The notes under the pieces are model-generated. The model searched no databases, was not told the origin of the DNA, and was given only the letters and a program-made list of their open reading frames with translations. A DNA stretch of 32,000 nt, taken from positions 1,410,001-1,442,000 of the forward strand of contig OW818675.1 of assembly GCA_942493095.1 (NCBI GenBank), read 5' to 3'. Shown piece after piece: positions 16,624 to 24,482 of the stretch; position 1 is the stretch's first letter; every line of letters begins with the position of its first letter. This DNA is from Candidatus Electronema halotolerans. Its GTDB lineage: Bacteria; Desulfobacterota; Desulfobulbia; Desulfobulbales; Desulfobulbaceae. The position numbers were made by a program, and so were the translations under genes.

Positions 16624-17315
16624 TGAGAATAATCATTACTGACCTGACAAAATTTAACAAAAAAGATATTGTCTGTATTGCAGGAATCAATCCAAAGACA
16701 AATGAGTGCATCAGGCCGAGGCCATATATTGCAAAAAAAGATTGTCAAAAGAGAAATATATTGCCCGGCGCAATAATTGAAGGTAAATTTACTTCTTACC
16801 CATATACTGCTCCGCATACGGAAGATAGAAATAGAAGCCTGTTGACATTTCGTGGCCCATGCAGTTCAGAAGAATTTAAACATCTGCTTAAAAATACAAG
16901 TATTGATTCTGTTGAAGAAGGTTTTGGAATCCAATTTGCAGATGGTCAAAAATATATCCCCCATAACAATCCTCCAGATTTATCAATTATAACATTGACA
17001 TTGTATCCTGATCAATTATATATGGTTAAGGATAAATACAACAAACTTAGAGTTAATTTTACTCAACACAGCAAAGAATTTAGTTTCCTGTCTGTCACAG
17101 ATTTAAGATTTTGCAATTACGCTGAAAGAAACCTTATAGATGATAATTTATATGAGCTGAATAATTTTATTCATACCCAACAAGAAATTTATCTTAGATT
17201 AGGTCTTAGCCGTCTTTACAAAAACGAGAAGGACGGAAGAAGCGGATTCTGGTTGCAAGTCAATGGGATTTACACCTTTCCAGAATATTTCAAAAAAATC
17301 AGGTGCTATGAGTGA
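16623..17315 (+). CDS. Uncharacterised protein, possibly dual-OB (DuOB)-type (230 aa)
   Basis: The N-terminus MRIIITDLTKFNKKDIVCIAGINPKTNECIRPRP resembles the ...C(I/V)AG(I)...(W/C)IRP opening that I recall for 'dual OB domain-containing' proteins, which often neighbour DUF488 genes. The gene is very AT-rich and is overlapped at both ends by its neighbours. The family call is tentative. Confidence 0.55.
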   Translation: MRIIITDLTKFNKKDIVCIAGINPKTNECIRPRPYIAKKDCQKRNILPGAIIEGKFTSYPYTAPHTEDRNRSLLTFRGPCSSEEFKHLLKNTSIDSVEEGFGIQFADGQKYIPHNNPPDLSIITLTLYPDQLYMVKDKYNKLRVNFTQHSKEFSFLSVTDLRFCNYAERNLIDDNLYELNNFIHTQQEIYLRLGLSRLYKNEKDGRSGFWLQVNGIYTFPEYFKKIRCYE

Positions 17316-17898
17316 AAATAACGAGCTGTTCACAGTAGGGTACTCACCTTACGAAAGAGAGTCTTTTTTATCTGTTTTAAAAAAATATAAAATAACAGCA
17401 GTTGCAGATGTTCGTTCTTTACCGTTCAGTCAATTCAAACCGGAATTTAATCGAGACCAGCTATCTGAATTTCTTAAAAAGAATGAAATTGTTTATGTTT
17501 TCTTAGGAGATGTTTGCGGTGCAAAAATAGAAGACAAGTCTTGTCAGGTTGACGGAAGGATAGATTATACACTTGTAGCAAAAAAACATAAATTCAGTGA
17601 ATGCTTAAAAAGAATAATCAACGGTATGAATAAATTTAGAATAGCACTTATGTGTTCAGAAAAAGATCCAATAATGTGCCATAGAACAATATTGATTTGT
17701 CGAAATTTGATTTCCTATAATGTTTCTGTGAAACATTTATTAAGCGATGGAACTATTGAAGATCATAAAGATAGCGAACAGAGGCTGCTGAAACTTTTTA
17801 ATCTGAATCATCCAGAATTATTTCGCAGTGAGAAAGAGAGATTGAATGAGGCATATTTACGGCAAGGCAGAAAAATTGCTTTTGAAGCAAGCGCATGA
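17308..17898 (+). CDS. DUF488 family protein (196 aa)
   Basis: The sequence has LFTVGYSPYERESFLSVLKKYKITAVADVRSLPFS and the family hallmark MCSEKDPIMCHR at 17650-17685. ATG 17308 overlaps the upstream stop by 8 nt. Confidence 0.8.
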   Translation: MSENNELFTVGYSPYERESFLSVLKKYKITAVADVRSLPFSQFKPEFNRDQLSEFLKKNEIVYVFLGDVCGAKIEDKSCQVDGRIDYTLVAKKHKFSECLKRIINGMNKFRIALMCSEKDPIMCHRTILICRNLISYNVSVKHLLSDGTIEDHKDSEQRLLKLFNLNHPELFRSEKERLNEAYLRQGRKIAFEASA

Positions 17899-17951
17899 AC
17901 ATAGATTAAAATTATTTTGCCACTAAATCTATTTGAATAAAAGGACATGCA

Positions 17952-18395
17952 ATGCACAGGATAAAACTTTACACTATCGGATTTACAAAAAAAAGCGCAG
18001 AAGTATTTTTTTCGGAAATACGTGATGCTGGTGTGAAAATAGTCATCGACGTTCGGTTGAACAATATTTCGCAGCTTGCTGGTTTTGCTAAAAAAAACGA
18101 TCTTGTTTTTTTCTTGAAAGAATTGTGTGATTGTAAGTATTTGTATATTCAAGATTTTACACCAACAAAAGAAATTCTTGATGCGTACAAAAAGAAAGAG
18201 ATTGACTGGCATGAGTATGCCCGGCGTTTTCTGCTGCTCATTGAAGAACGTGAAATTGAAACAAAAGTATCGATTGAACAGCTTGATAACGCATGTCTTC
18301 TGTGCAGCGAGCCAGCATCTGAACACTGTCATCGTCGTTTGGTGAGTGAATATCTTGCGGAAAAGTTAATAAATGTAGATGTTAAGCATCTGTAA
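17952..18395 (+). CDS. DUF488 family protein, second divergent paralog (147 aa)
   Basis: The sequence has LYTIGFTKKSAEVFFSEIRDAGVKIVIDVRLNN and the hallmark CSEPASEHCHRR at 18303-18338. An AAGGA RBS lies at about 17940. Confidence 0.8.
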   Translation: MHRIKLYTIGFTKKSAEVFFSEIRDAGVKIVIDVRLNNISQLAGFAKKNDLVFFLKELCDCKYLYIQDFTPTKEILDAYKKKEIDWHEYARRFLLLIEEREIETKVSIEQLDNACLLCSEPASEHCHRRLVSEYLAEKLINVDVKHL

Positions 18396-18448
18396 TTTTC
18401 TAAAAATACGTTCATTCCATGAAAGTATAACTGCTATAAAACAGTTTG

Positions 18449-19744
18449 ATGAAAAAGCGCATTTTCTCTCTTGTTGTTGCCAGCACACTTGCTGGTTTAA
18501 TCGGAATATGGTTCTTCACGCGGGACACGTTGCCTAAAACTATCGAGATAGCAACTGCCAGACCGGGCGGGATGTACTACAGGTTTGGAAAGGCCCTGAA
18601 AGAAAAACTACAGCAAAGAATAGATCATGGTCATGAGATATTACTCCATGACACATCAGGAACATTGGAAAATATCGAGCTGCTGAAAAACGACAAGGTT
18701 CATTTTGCCCTGCTTGAGTTTGTCCTGTACCCAAACCCAAATGACAATATATCCATCATCACCCCGCTCTATCATGAACCAGCACTGATCCTTGCCAAAA
18801 AAGAACTGGCCATAAATTCTGTCTTTGACTTGCAAGGACGGCCTGTCTGCGTCTGGCCAAAAGGCTCTGGCATGGAAAAAACAACTGAAATGCTGCTGGA
18901 TTTTTATGATCAAGACATAGAACGGGTGGAAAAAAACTGCTTTGCGGAGCAAGACTCGTGGGATGCTGCTTTTGCAGTGTTCGGACTGCTTACCCCGTCT
19001 CTGCAAAAGATGGTGCAAACGGGAGATTATAAAATTATCGGCCTTCCAGTAACTAAGGCGCTGGCAGCATCCTATGCTTTTCCCACTGAATTCACAGTTC
19101 CAAAAGGAATATTTGCCAGAAAGCCGCACCTGCTCCCAGCGCATGATATTCAAACCGTTGCCTACACGACTTTTCTTGCCGGGAACAACGGAGAAAATTC
19201 CAAGAAAAAAGCTGATCCAGTTCTGGTAAATGAGGTGCTTGACGCGATATACAGCCCTGATCTTCATATTCAATTTCCAATGCTGATGTCTCAGGAAAAA
19301 GCAAAGACTTGGTCAAGGCTTCCTCTGCATCCGACAGCAATGGAATATTTTGAGCCGTACCGTAAAATCGGGGTGATCGCGAATTTCATGGAATCCTTGG
19401 CTGCTGTCAAGGAATTGTTTTTTGCTTTTGCTGCTGCCTGCTATTTTCTCTGGCTACGCGTTAGCGAACTGCGCAAGAAAAAGGAAAGAGATGAGGTTGC
19501 GCGGATGAAAGAACAGCTTGATGATTTTTTGAAAATCACAATGGAGGCTGACCGCAAGCAGATGCAGTCAACATCTCGTGAAGAGCTGATACATCTGATG
19601 CAACAGGTCACAGAAGTAAAGCTGCAAGCCTTGACTGAACTTACGCATGAGAGATTGCGTTCAGATCAAATGTTTTCCATCTTCCTGATGCAGTGCCACA
19701 ATGTTATTGTAAAAATTCAAGTGAAGATTGGAATCCTCAACTGA
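18449..19744 (+). CDS. TAXI-family (TRAP-associated) solute-binding-like protein with C-terminal TM helix and coiled-coil
   Basis: There is an N-terminal anchor IFSLVVASTLAGLIGIWFF. The motif ATARPGGMYYRFGKAL...SGTLENIELLKNDKVHFAL is TAXI/NMT1-like. The C-terminus has LFFAFAAACYFLWL followed by a charged helical region (RKKKERDEVARMKEQLDDFL...). The track starts at TTG 18446, but ATG 18449 is more likely. Confidence 0.7.
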   Translation: MKKRIFSLVVASTLAGLIGIWFFTRDTLPKTIEIATARPGGMYYRFGKALKEKLQQRIDHGHEILLHDTSGTLENIELLKNDKVHFALLEFVLYPNPNDNISIITPLYHEPALILAKKELAINSVFDLQGRPVCVWPKGSGMEKTTEMLLDFYDQDIERVEKNCFAEQDSWDAAFAVFGLLTPSLQKMVQTGDYKIIGLPVTKALAASYAFPTEFTVPKGIFARKPHLLPAHDIQTVAYTTFLAGNNGENSKKKADPVLVNEVLDAIYSPDLHIQFPMLMSQEKAKTWSRLPLHPTAMEYFEPYRKIGVIANFMESLAAVKELFFAFAAACYFLWLRVSELRKKKERDEVARMKEQLDDFLKITMEADRKQMQSTSREELIHLMQQVTEVKLQALTELTHERLRSDQMFSIFLMQCHNVIVKIQVKIGILN

Positions 19745-19767
19745 AGACTATAATCCAAACAGACAAT

Positions 19768-20172
19768 ATGCAACAACTGAAAAAGGAATATCGGCAGCAC
19801 AGCCCGCTGGAGCTGGCTGCTGTCTGCGCCCGCATTGCCTTGGACACCAAGGCCGAAGAACTTGCCGTGCTCGACGTGCGCGGACAGTCCTCATTTGCTG
19901 ATTATTTTCTCATCATGAGCGGCCGCTCGACCCGGCATGTCCAAGCCTTGGCTGAAGCCATTGAGACGGAGCTGAACTCCAAGCGGATCAGCAGCCAACA
20001 TGCCGAGGGCTTGCAGGAAGGCCTCTGGGTGCTGCTCGATTTTGGCGACGTGGTGACGCATATTTTTTATCGGGATCAGCGCAAGTTTTACAACCTCGAA
20101 GGCCTGTGGCACGATGCGCCCCTGCTCGATTTGCAGCGCGATTTGGGCCTTGACGAACAGGAGGGCGCATGA
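19768..20172 (+). CDS. rsfS: Ribosome silencing factor RsfS
   Basis: The sequence LELAAVCARIALDTKAEELAVLDVRGQSSFADYFLIMSGRSTRHVQALAEAIE...WVLLDFGDVVTHIF is the typical RsfS/Iojap pattern. The start is ATG 19768. Confidence 0.9.
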   Translation: MQQLKKEYRQHSPLELAAVCARIALDTKAEELAVLDVRGQSSFADYFLIMSGRSTRHVQALAEAIETELNSKRISSQHAEGLQEGLWVLLDFGDVVTHIFYRDQRKFYNLEGLWHDAPLLDLQRDLGLDEQEGA

Positions 20173-21716
20173 TGACTGCGGCAGGAAAGCCTGTGATGCT
20201 GGCAATTTTGGACGGCTGGGGCCTTGCTCCGCCTTCCGCGACCAACGCCGTCTCTGTTGCTGAGACTCCGAACATGGACAAATGGGCGGCGGAATATCCT
20301 TGCACGACCTTGGCCGCCCATAACGGCGCGGTTGGCCTGCCGGAAGGACAGATGGGCAACTCCGAAGTCGGCCATCTCAATATTGGCGCGGGCCGGGTGG
20401 TGTATCAGGATTACACCCGCATCAACCGGGCTGTTGAGCTGGGGGAATTTGCTCAGAATCCTGTGCTGACAGCGGTGCTGGACAAGGTCAAGGCCGCAGG
20501 CAGCCGGGTGCATTTCTGCGGCCTGCTCTCAGATGGCGGGGTGCATTCGCATCTCAGTCACTTGGCCGCCCTGCTGGAAATGGCTGCGGCCCGCCAGATT
20601 GAGGCCAAAATTCATTGCTTCATGGATGGCCGCGACACGCCGCCGAAAAGCGGAGCAGGTTACATGCGGCAGCTCATGGAGATTATCGAGCGAGTTGGCT
20701 GCGGTCAAGTGGCGACGGTCTCTGGCCGCTACTGGGCTATGGATCGCGACACGCGCTGGGGTCGGGTGGAAAAGGCATGGCAGGCAATGGTTGACGGCCA
20801 AGGGCAGACCGCAGCTGATCCGGTGCAGGCTGTGGAAGATGCCTACAGCCAGGGCGAGACAGACGAATTTATTCAGCCGACTGTGGTGGATGCGTCAGGC
20901 CGAATTCAGGACAACGACGCAGTGGTCTTTTTCAACTTCCGCGCTGACCGGGTGCGCGAGCTGTGTCATGCTTTCGCGGATACGGACTTCACAGGGTTTT
21001 CGGTCAGCAATCGGCCTGAGCTGCTGGAGCTGGCAACCATGACCGAATATGAAGCAGATTTTTCTTTTCCCATCGCCTTTCCGCCGCAGAATCTGACCCG
21101 CATTCTTGGTGAGGAGGTGAGCCGGGCCGGGCTGCGCCAGCTACGCATTGCTGAGACTGAGAAATACGCGCATGTCACCTACTTTTTCAACGGAGGCAAT
21201 GAGGTGCCTTTTGCCGGTGAAGAGCGTATATTGGTTGAATCGCCGCGTGATGTTGCCACTTATGATCTCAAGCCTGCCATGAGCGCGGTTGAGGTGACTG
21301 ACCGCCTGCTGGCCGCGCTGGCCAAGCAGGATTATGATTTGGTGATTCTCAACTTTGCCAACGGCGACATGGTTGGTCATACTGGGATTTTGCCAGCGGC
21401 AGTGCTGGCCTGCGAAACTGTGGATCAGTGCTTGGGCCGGATTGCCGAGCGGCTGCGCGAGCTGGGCGGCATCCTGCTGATCACCGCTGATCACGGCAAT
21501 GCCGAGGTGATGCGCAATCAAGCAACCGGCCAGCCGCACACTGCTCACACCCTGAACCCGGTGCCGCTGATTTTGGTCAGTGAGCAGCACAAAGGCTGCA
21601 CTCTGAAAGGTGGCGGTGCGCTCAAGGACATTGCCCCGACCCTGCTGCACCTGCTGGGGCTGGAGCAGCCAAGGGAAATGGAAGGCGAGGATTTGCTTGC
21701 ATTCCTTAACCTTTGA
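20169..21716 (+). CDS. gpmI: 2,3-bisphosphoglycerate-independent phosphoglycerate mutase
   Basis: The sequence has PVMLAILDGWGL, GLPEGQMGNSEVGHLNIGAGR, LLSDGGVHSH and ITADHGNAE. Its ATG overlaps the rsfS stop (ATGA). Confidence 0.95.
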   Translation: MMTAAGKPVMLAILDGWGLAPPSATNAVSVAETPNMDKWAAEYPCTTLAAHNGAVGLPEGQMGNSEVGHLNIGAGRVVYQDYTRINRAVELGEFAQNPVLTAVLDKVKAAGSRVHFCGLLSDGGVHSHLSHLAALLEMAAARQIEAKIHCFMDGRDTPPKSGAGYMRQLMEIIERVGCGQVATVSGRYWAMDRDTRWGRVEKAWQAMVDGQGQTAADPVQAVEDAYSQGETDEFIQPTVVDASGRIQDNDAVVFFNFRADRVRELCHAFADTDFTGFSVSNRPELLELATMTEYEADFSFPIAFPPQNLTRILGEEVSRAGLRQLRIAETEKYAHVTYFFNGGNEVPFAGEERILVESPRDVATYDLKPAMSAVEVTDRLLAALAKQDYDLVILNFANGDMVGHTGILPAAVLACETVDQCLGRIAERLRELGGILLITADHGNAEVMRNQATGQPHTAHTLNPVPLILVSEQHKGCTLKGGGALKDIAPTLLHLLGLEQPREMEGEDLLAFLNL

Positions 21717-21760
21717 AGATAATGAGATATAAAGGTTAGGCTCCTTACTGGACTTTGAAT

Positions 21761-22369
21761 ATGCTGAGAAATTTTTTCAAGCTGAATGCCCCGTTCGATA
21801 CATTCAACAGGGAGACTTTCGACTCTCATCTGAGGACAAGTAAGCATATTTGCAATGTGTTGTATGAGCCTAACTCCTATAAAGAAGCCAAGGTTACAAG
21901 AGTAACATTTGAGAATGTTTCTTTCTCAAAAACAACTATAATCAAGGTGACATTCATCGACTGTATTTTTAAAGACTGTCTCTTTATAGCAACAAAATTT
22001 ACATCAGTTGGATTTCATGACTGTATTTTTGAAAATTGCAATTTTTACAAATCTACATTTCATAGCCTCTACGCAAGACCACATCAGTTCAGGAAGGCTA
22101 TTGCTAATGATGAGTATGCAAATATTGCCGTTCATCTGTACCAACAGCTCCGTGAGAATTATTATCAAGAATCGCAACGGGAGTTTAAGAACGAGGCGGA
22201 GTATTATTTTGGACATTGGAATCGAAAAAATGAGTATATCCAAGCAAAAAGGAAGAAAAAGAAATTCTATTCTTATATTTTTCAGCATATTATCTCGTAC
22301 CTGTATGGGTATCTCTTAGGGTATGGATATAGATTGCGCAATCTCGTAGTGACCACATTTGTATTGTTA
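21761..22369 (+). pseudogene. 5' fragment of an IS-disrupted pentapeptide-repeat / 2TM pore (Ion_trans_2-like) protein gene
   Basis: Eleven consecutive pentapeptide repeats carry a central Phe (VTFEN VSFSK TTIIK VTFID CIFKD CLFIA TKFTS VGFHD CIFEN CNFYK STFHS; 21902-22066). The reading frame is terminated by the TAG formed by the first bases of the IS (22370-22372). Confidence 0.8.
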
Positions 22370-22379
22370 TAGCGGTTTC
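22370..22379. repeat. IS630-family left terminal inverted repeat
   Basis: TAGCGGTTTC is the exact reverse complement of 23404-23413. Confidence 0.8.
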
Positions 22380-22455
22380 AGGTTGTATGGTTATCAGAAA
22401 AAGATTAAACTTGACTTGTCTGTTTTTTCCATTTTTTTACACACGGAGGTCTGCC

Positions 22456-23389
22456 ATGATTTATTCTATTGATTTCAGAAAGAAAGTCTTGTCTGTTTAT
22501 GAAAAACAGAAATCATTGAGAAGAACTGCAGATTTGCTTGACGTTTCCTATAAATTTGTTCAAAGTCTTGTAAAAAGATGGAAGACTGAGGGGACGCTTG
22601 AGCCGAAGCCTCATAAAGGCGGAAATCCTCCGAAAATCAAGGAAGTTCATATGCCTTTTCTGACCAGCATGATTGATGACGAGAACGATCTTACGCTTGA
22701 AGAGATGTGTGATCGCTTATACGAGAAATTCAATTTAAAAATAGCACCTTCCACGCTGTGCGAAACTCTCGCCAGACTGAAAATCAGCCGGAAAAAAAAC
22801 TTTCCGCGATCCGGCGGCGTATAAAGAGGAAAATATAGCAAAGACAGTTAATTACCTTGCAGGCCTGCTCGAGGCTGACAAAAAGAATTTCATCTTTATT
22901 GATGAGACAGGATGCTGTTTGAACATGTCGAGAAAATTTGCAAGATCAAGAAAAGGAACAAGAGCTTTTTCAAAAAGACCTTCAGGTAAAGGGAAAAGAA
23001 TAAGCATGATAGGAGCTGTAAAGTTTGGAAAAATATTGAAGTGCATGAAATTTAAAGGCACCATGACAGGAGATGTCTTTTATTTCTATATAAAAAATTA
23101 TCTTTTGAAATATCTTGACAGCAGCAAGACAGTCGTTCTTGACAATGCCAGTCCTCATAAAAACAAAGAAGCTCTCGCTTTGATCAGAAGTACAGGAGCG
23201 AAGATCATTTTCCTCCCTCCTTATCGTCCTGAACTGAACCCTATTGAATACTGCTGGTCAGTAATGAAAAACACTATAAGAAAATTGAAGCCGAGAACAG
23301 AGCGTGAGCTGATGGAAGCTTATGATATATCTCTGAAAACGGTTAAGTCAAAATCAATCAAATCGTTTTTCCGTCATTGCTGGGTTTGA
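22456..23389 (+). CDS. IS630-family transposase, in two frames (frameshift or slippage needed at an A8 run)
   Basis: OrfA runs 22456-22824 (MIYSIDFRKKVLSVYEKQKSLRRTADLLDVS... HTH, ...LKISRKKN). The second frame is open from 22781 to 23389 (...KKTFRDPAAYKEEN...NFIFIDETGCCLNMSR...VVLDNASPHKN...YRPELNPIEYCW), giving a DDE triad of D, D and E. The frames meet at GAAAAAAAAC (22791-22800). The downstream frame is +1 relative to orfA. Confidence 0.8.
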
Positions 23390-23403
23390 TATCTGTTCAA
23401 TAC

Positions 23404-23413
23404 GAAACCGCTA
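23404..23413. repeat. IS630-family right terminal inverted repeat
   Basis: GAAACCGCTA is the exact reverse complement of 22370-22379. Confidence 0.8.
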
Positions 23414-23415
23414 TA

Positions 23416-23649
23416 TTGTCAACCATTTTGGCGAATTACATATTCGCTCAGTATCTTTTTGCAGAACCAGTGGAAACATCATTGGTGAAGACGATATACT
23501 TCACACTTACGACTATGGCAACGCTTGGAGCATCTGGCTATAGTCCAGACACGGAAATAGGTTATCTATTCGTAGTGGCAAATGTCATATTCGGAATGAG
23601 CATTTTATCTGCAACTATCGGTGCAATATTTAAGAAGGTTATCCGATGA
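23416..23649 (+). pseudogene. 3' fragment of the IS-disrupted pentapeptide-repeat / 2TM pore protein gene (pore helix, filter-like loop, inner helix)
   Basis: The fragment reads LSTILANYIFAQYLF (TM), SLVKTIYFTLTTMATLGASGYSP (pore-helix and filter-like segment at 23509-23541, compare the canonical T-x-G-Y-G-D) and IGYLFVVANVIFGMSILSATIGAIF (TM). It joins in frame to 22369 once the IS and one TA are removed. Confidence 0.8.
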
Positions 23650-24482
23650 TGCTGGTGATAGAATTTGGAAGCGGCAGGCGTGGAGATTGCGATCTGACAT
23701 CAGATAGAGATATTCTCCTTATTGGAACGGATTGGCAGAAAATTTCGTATGAATCGGCAAAGTGGTGCATAAATGGTTTTTCTGTTAGTACATTTTTGTT
23801 CGACAAGGCCAGCTATTTGGCAAGCAAGGGCAATCTTTTCTTCAAGCATATCTTCGATGAAGGTGTCCTTGTATTCGGATCAGAGGCTCGCTATAGAGAA
23901 CTTAAAGATAGATGGCAGGCGGCTGCCGACTATTGGGATGAAGTACGAGATAATTTAGACCTCTTGGAAGTTATTCATTTTATTCCTCAGACATCTGCTG
24001 GAATAGCCGTAGCTATTGATATTTTAATTTCTAGTGTGCGGAACATTCTAATTCGGAGACTTGCATGCGACGGAAAATATGTATTCGCATGGGGGAAGGT
24101 TTTTGTAGAGGCAAACAAAAGACAGATGATCAAGAAAGAGGATATACATCTTTTTATGACATCGAGATGTCTAAAGAATAAATATCGTCAAGGTTTTATC
24201 CAAAATCTACCGCTCTCATACTTGGAAGCTCTTCTTGAAGCATCCAATAGGGCTTGCGGAGTGATGCTGAGACCAAACTTCGCTTATCGCGCTGCCCTTC
24301 GATCTTTGCCAGAAAAATACTTGGATGGGACATACAAACAGCTTCGTGCTCTGGAACTCATGTGTGCAGAATATTTGTTTGATAAATCCCTTGACCCGTT
24401 AATGAGTATTGTCCGTACTCCTGCATACTTCTGCGTCAATGGGCCTGCCAAGTCCATCCGCCGATGTCAAAAAGCGGTATGA
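23646..24482 (+). CDS. Pol-beta-superfamily nucleotidyltransferase (MNT-like N-terminus + about 200 aa helical C-terminal region)
   Basis: The motif FGSGRRGDCDLTSDRDILLIG matches G-S-x(n)-D-x-D (23667-23711). Its ATG overlaps the stop of the pore-protein gene (ATGA at 23646-23649). Confidence 0.75.
   Translation: MMLVIEFGSGRRGDCDLTSDRDILLIGTDWQKISYESAKWCINGFSVSTFLFDKASYLASKGNLFFKHIFDEGVLVFGSEARYRELKDRWQAAADYWDEVRDNLDLLEVIHFIPQTSAGIAVAIDILISSVRNILIRRLACDGKYVFAWGKVFVEANKRQMIKKEDIHLFMTSRCLKNKYRQGFIQNLPLSYLEALLEASNRACGVMLRPNFAYRAALRSLPEKYLDGTYKQLRALELMCAEYLFDKSLDPLMSIVRTPAYFCVNGPAKSIRRCQKAV

Larger units (their letters stand above)
22370..23413 (+). mobile_element. IS630-family insertion sequence (1,044 bp) with TA target-site duplication
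   Basis: Terminal inverted repeats are TAGCGGTTTC (22370-22379) and GAAACCGCTA (23404-23413), with partial matches extending to about 18 bp. The element is flanked by TA (22368-22369) and TA (23414-23415). It encodes an HTH + DDE transposase with the IS630 hallmarks. Confidence 0.85.

Noticed and set aside
22852-23064. Minus-strand 70-aa ORF and plus-strand ORFs 22004-22319 inside the IS and pentapeptide gene
   Set aside because: They are antisense or off-frame within clearly identified coding sequence (the transposase and the pentapeptide repeats) in AT-rich DNA.
23646-24482. Possibility that the nucleotidyltransferase is a CD-NTase (a CBASS cyclase) with the pore protein as its effector
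   Set aside because: The N-terminal motif (GSGRRGD...SDRDILL) looks more like MNT/KNTase-type minimal NTases than the SMODS pattern. The gene order (effector first) and the absence of a recognisable nucleotide-sensing domain on the pore protein do not support CBASS. I left it as a generic NTase pending a profile search.
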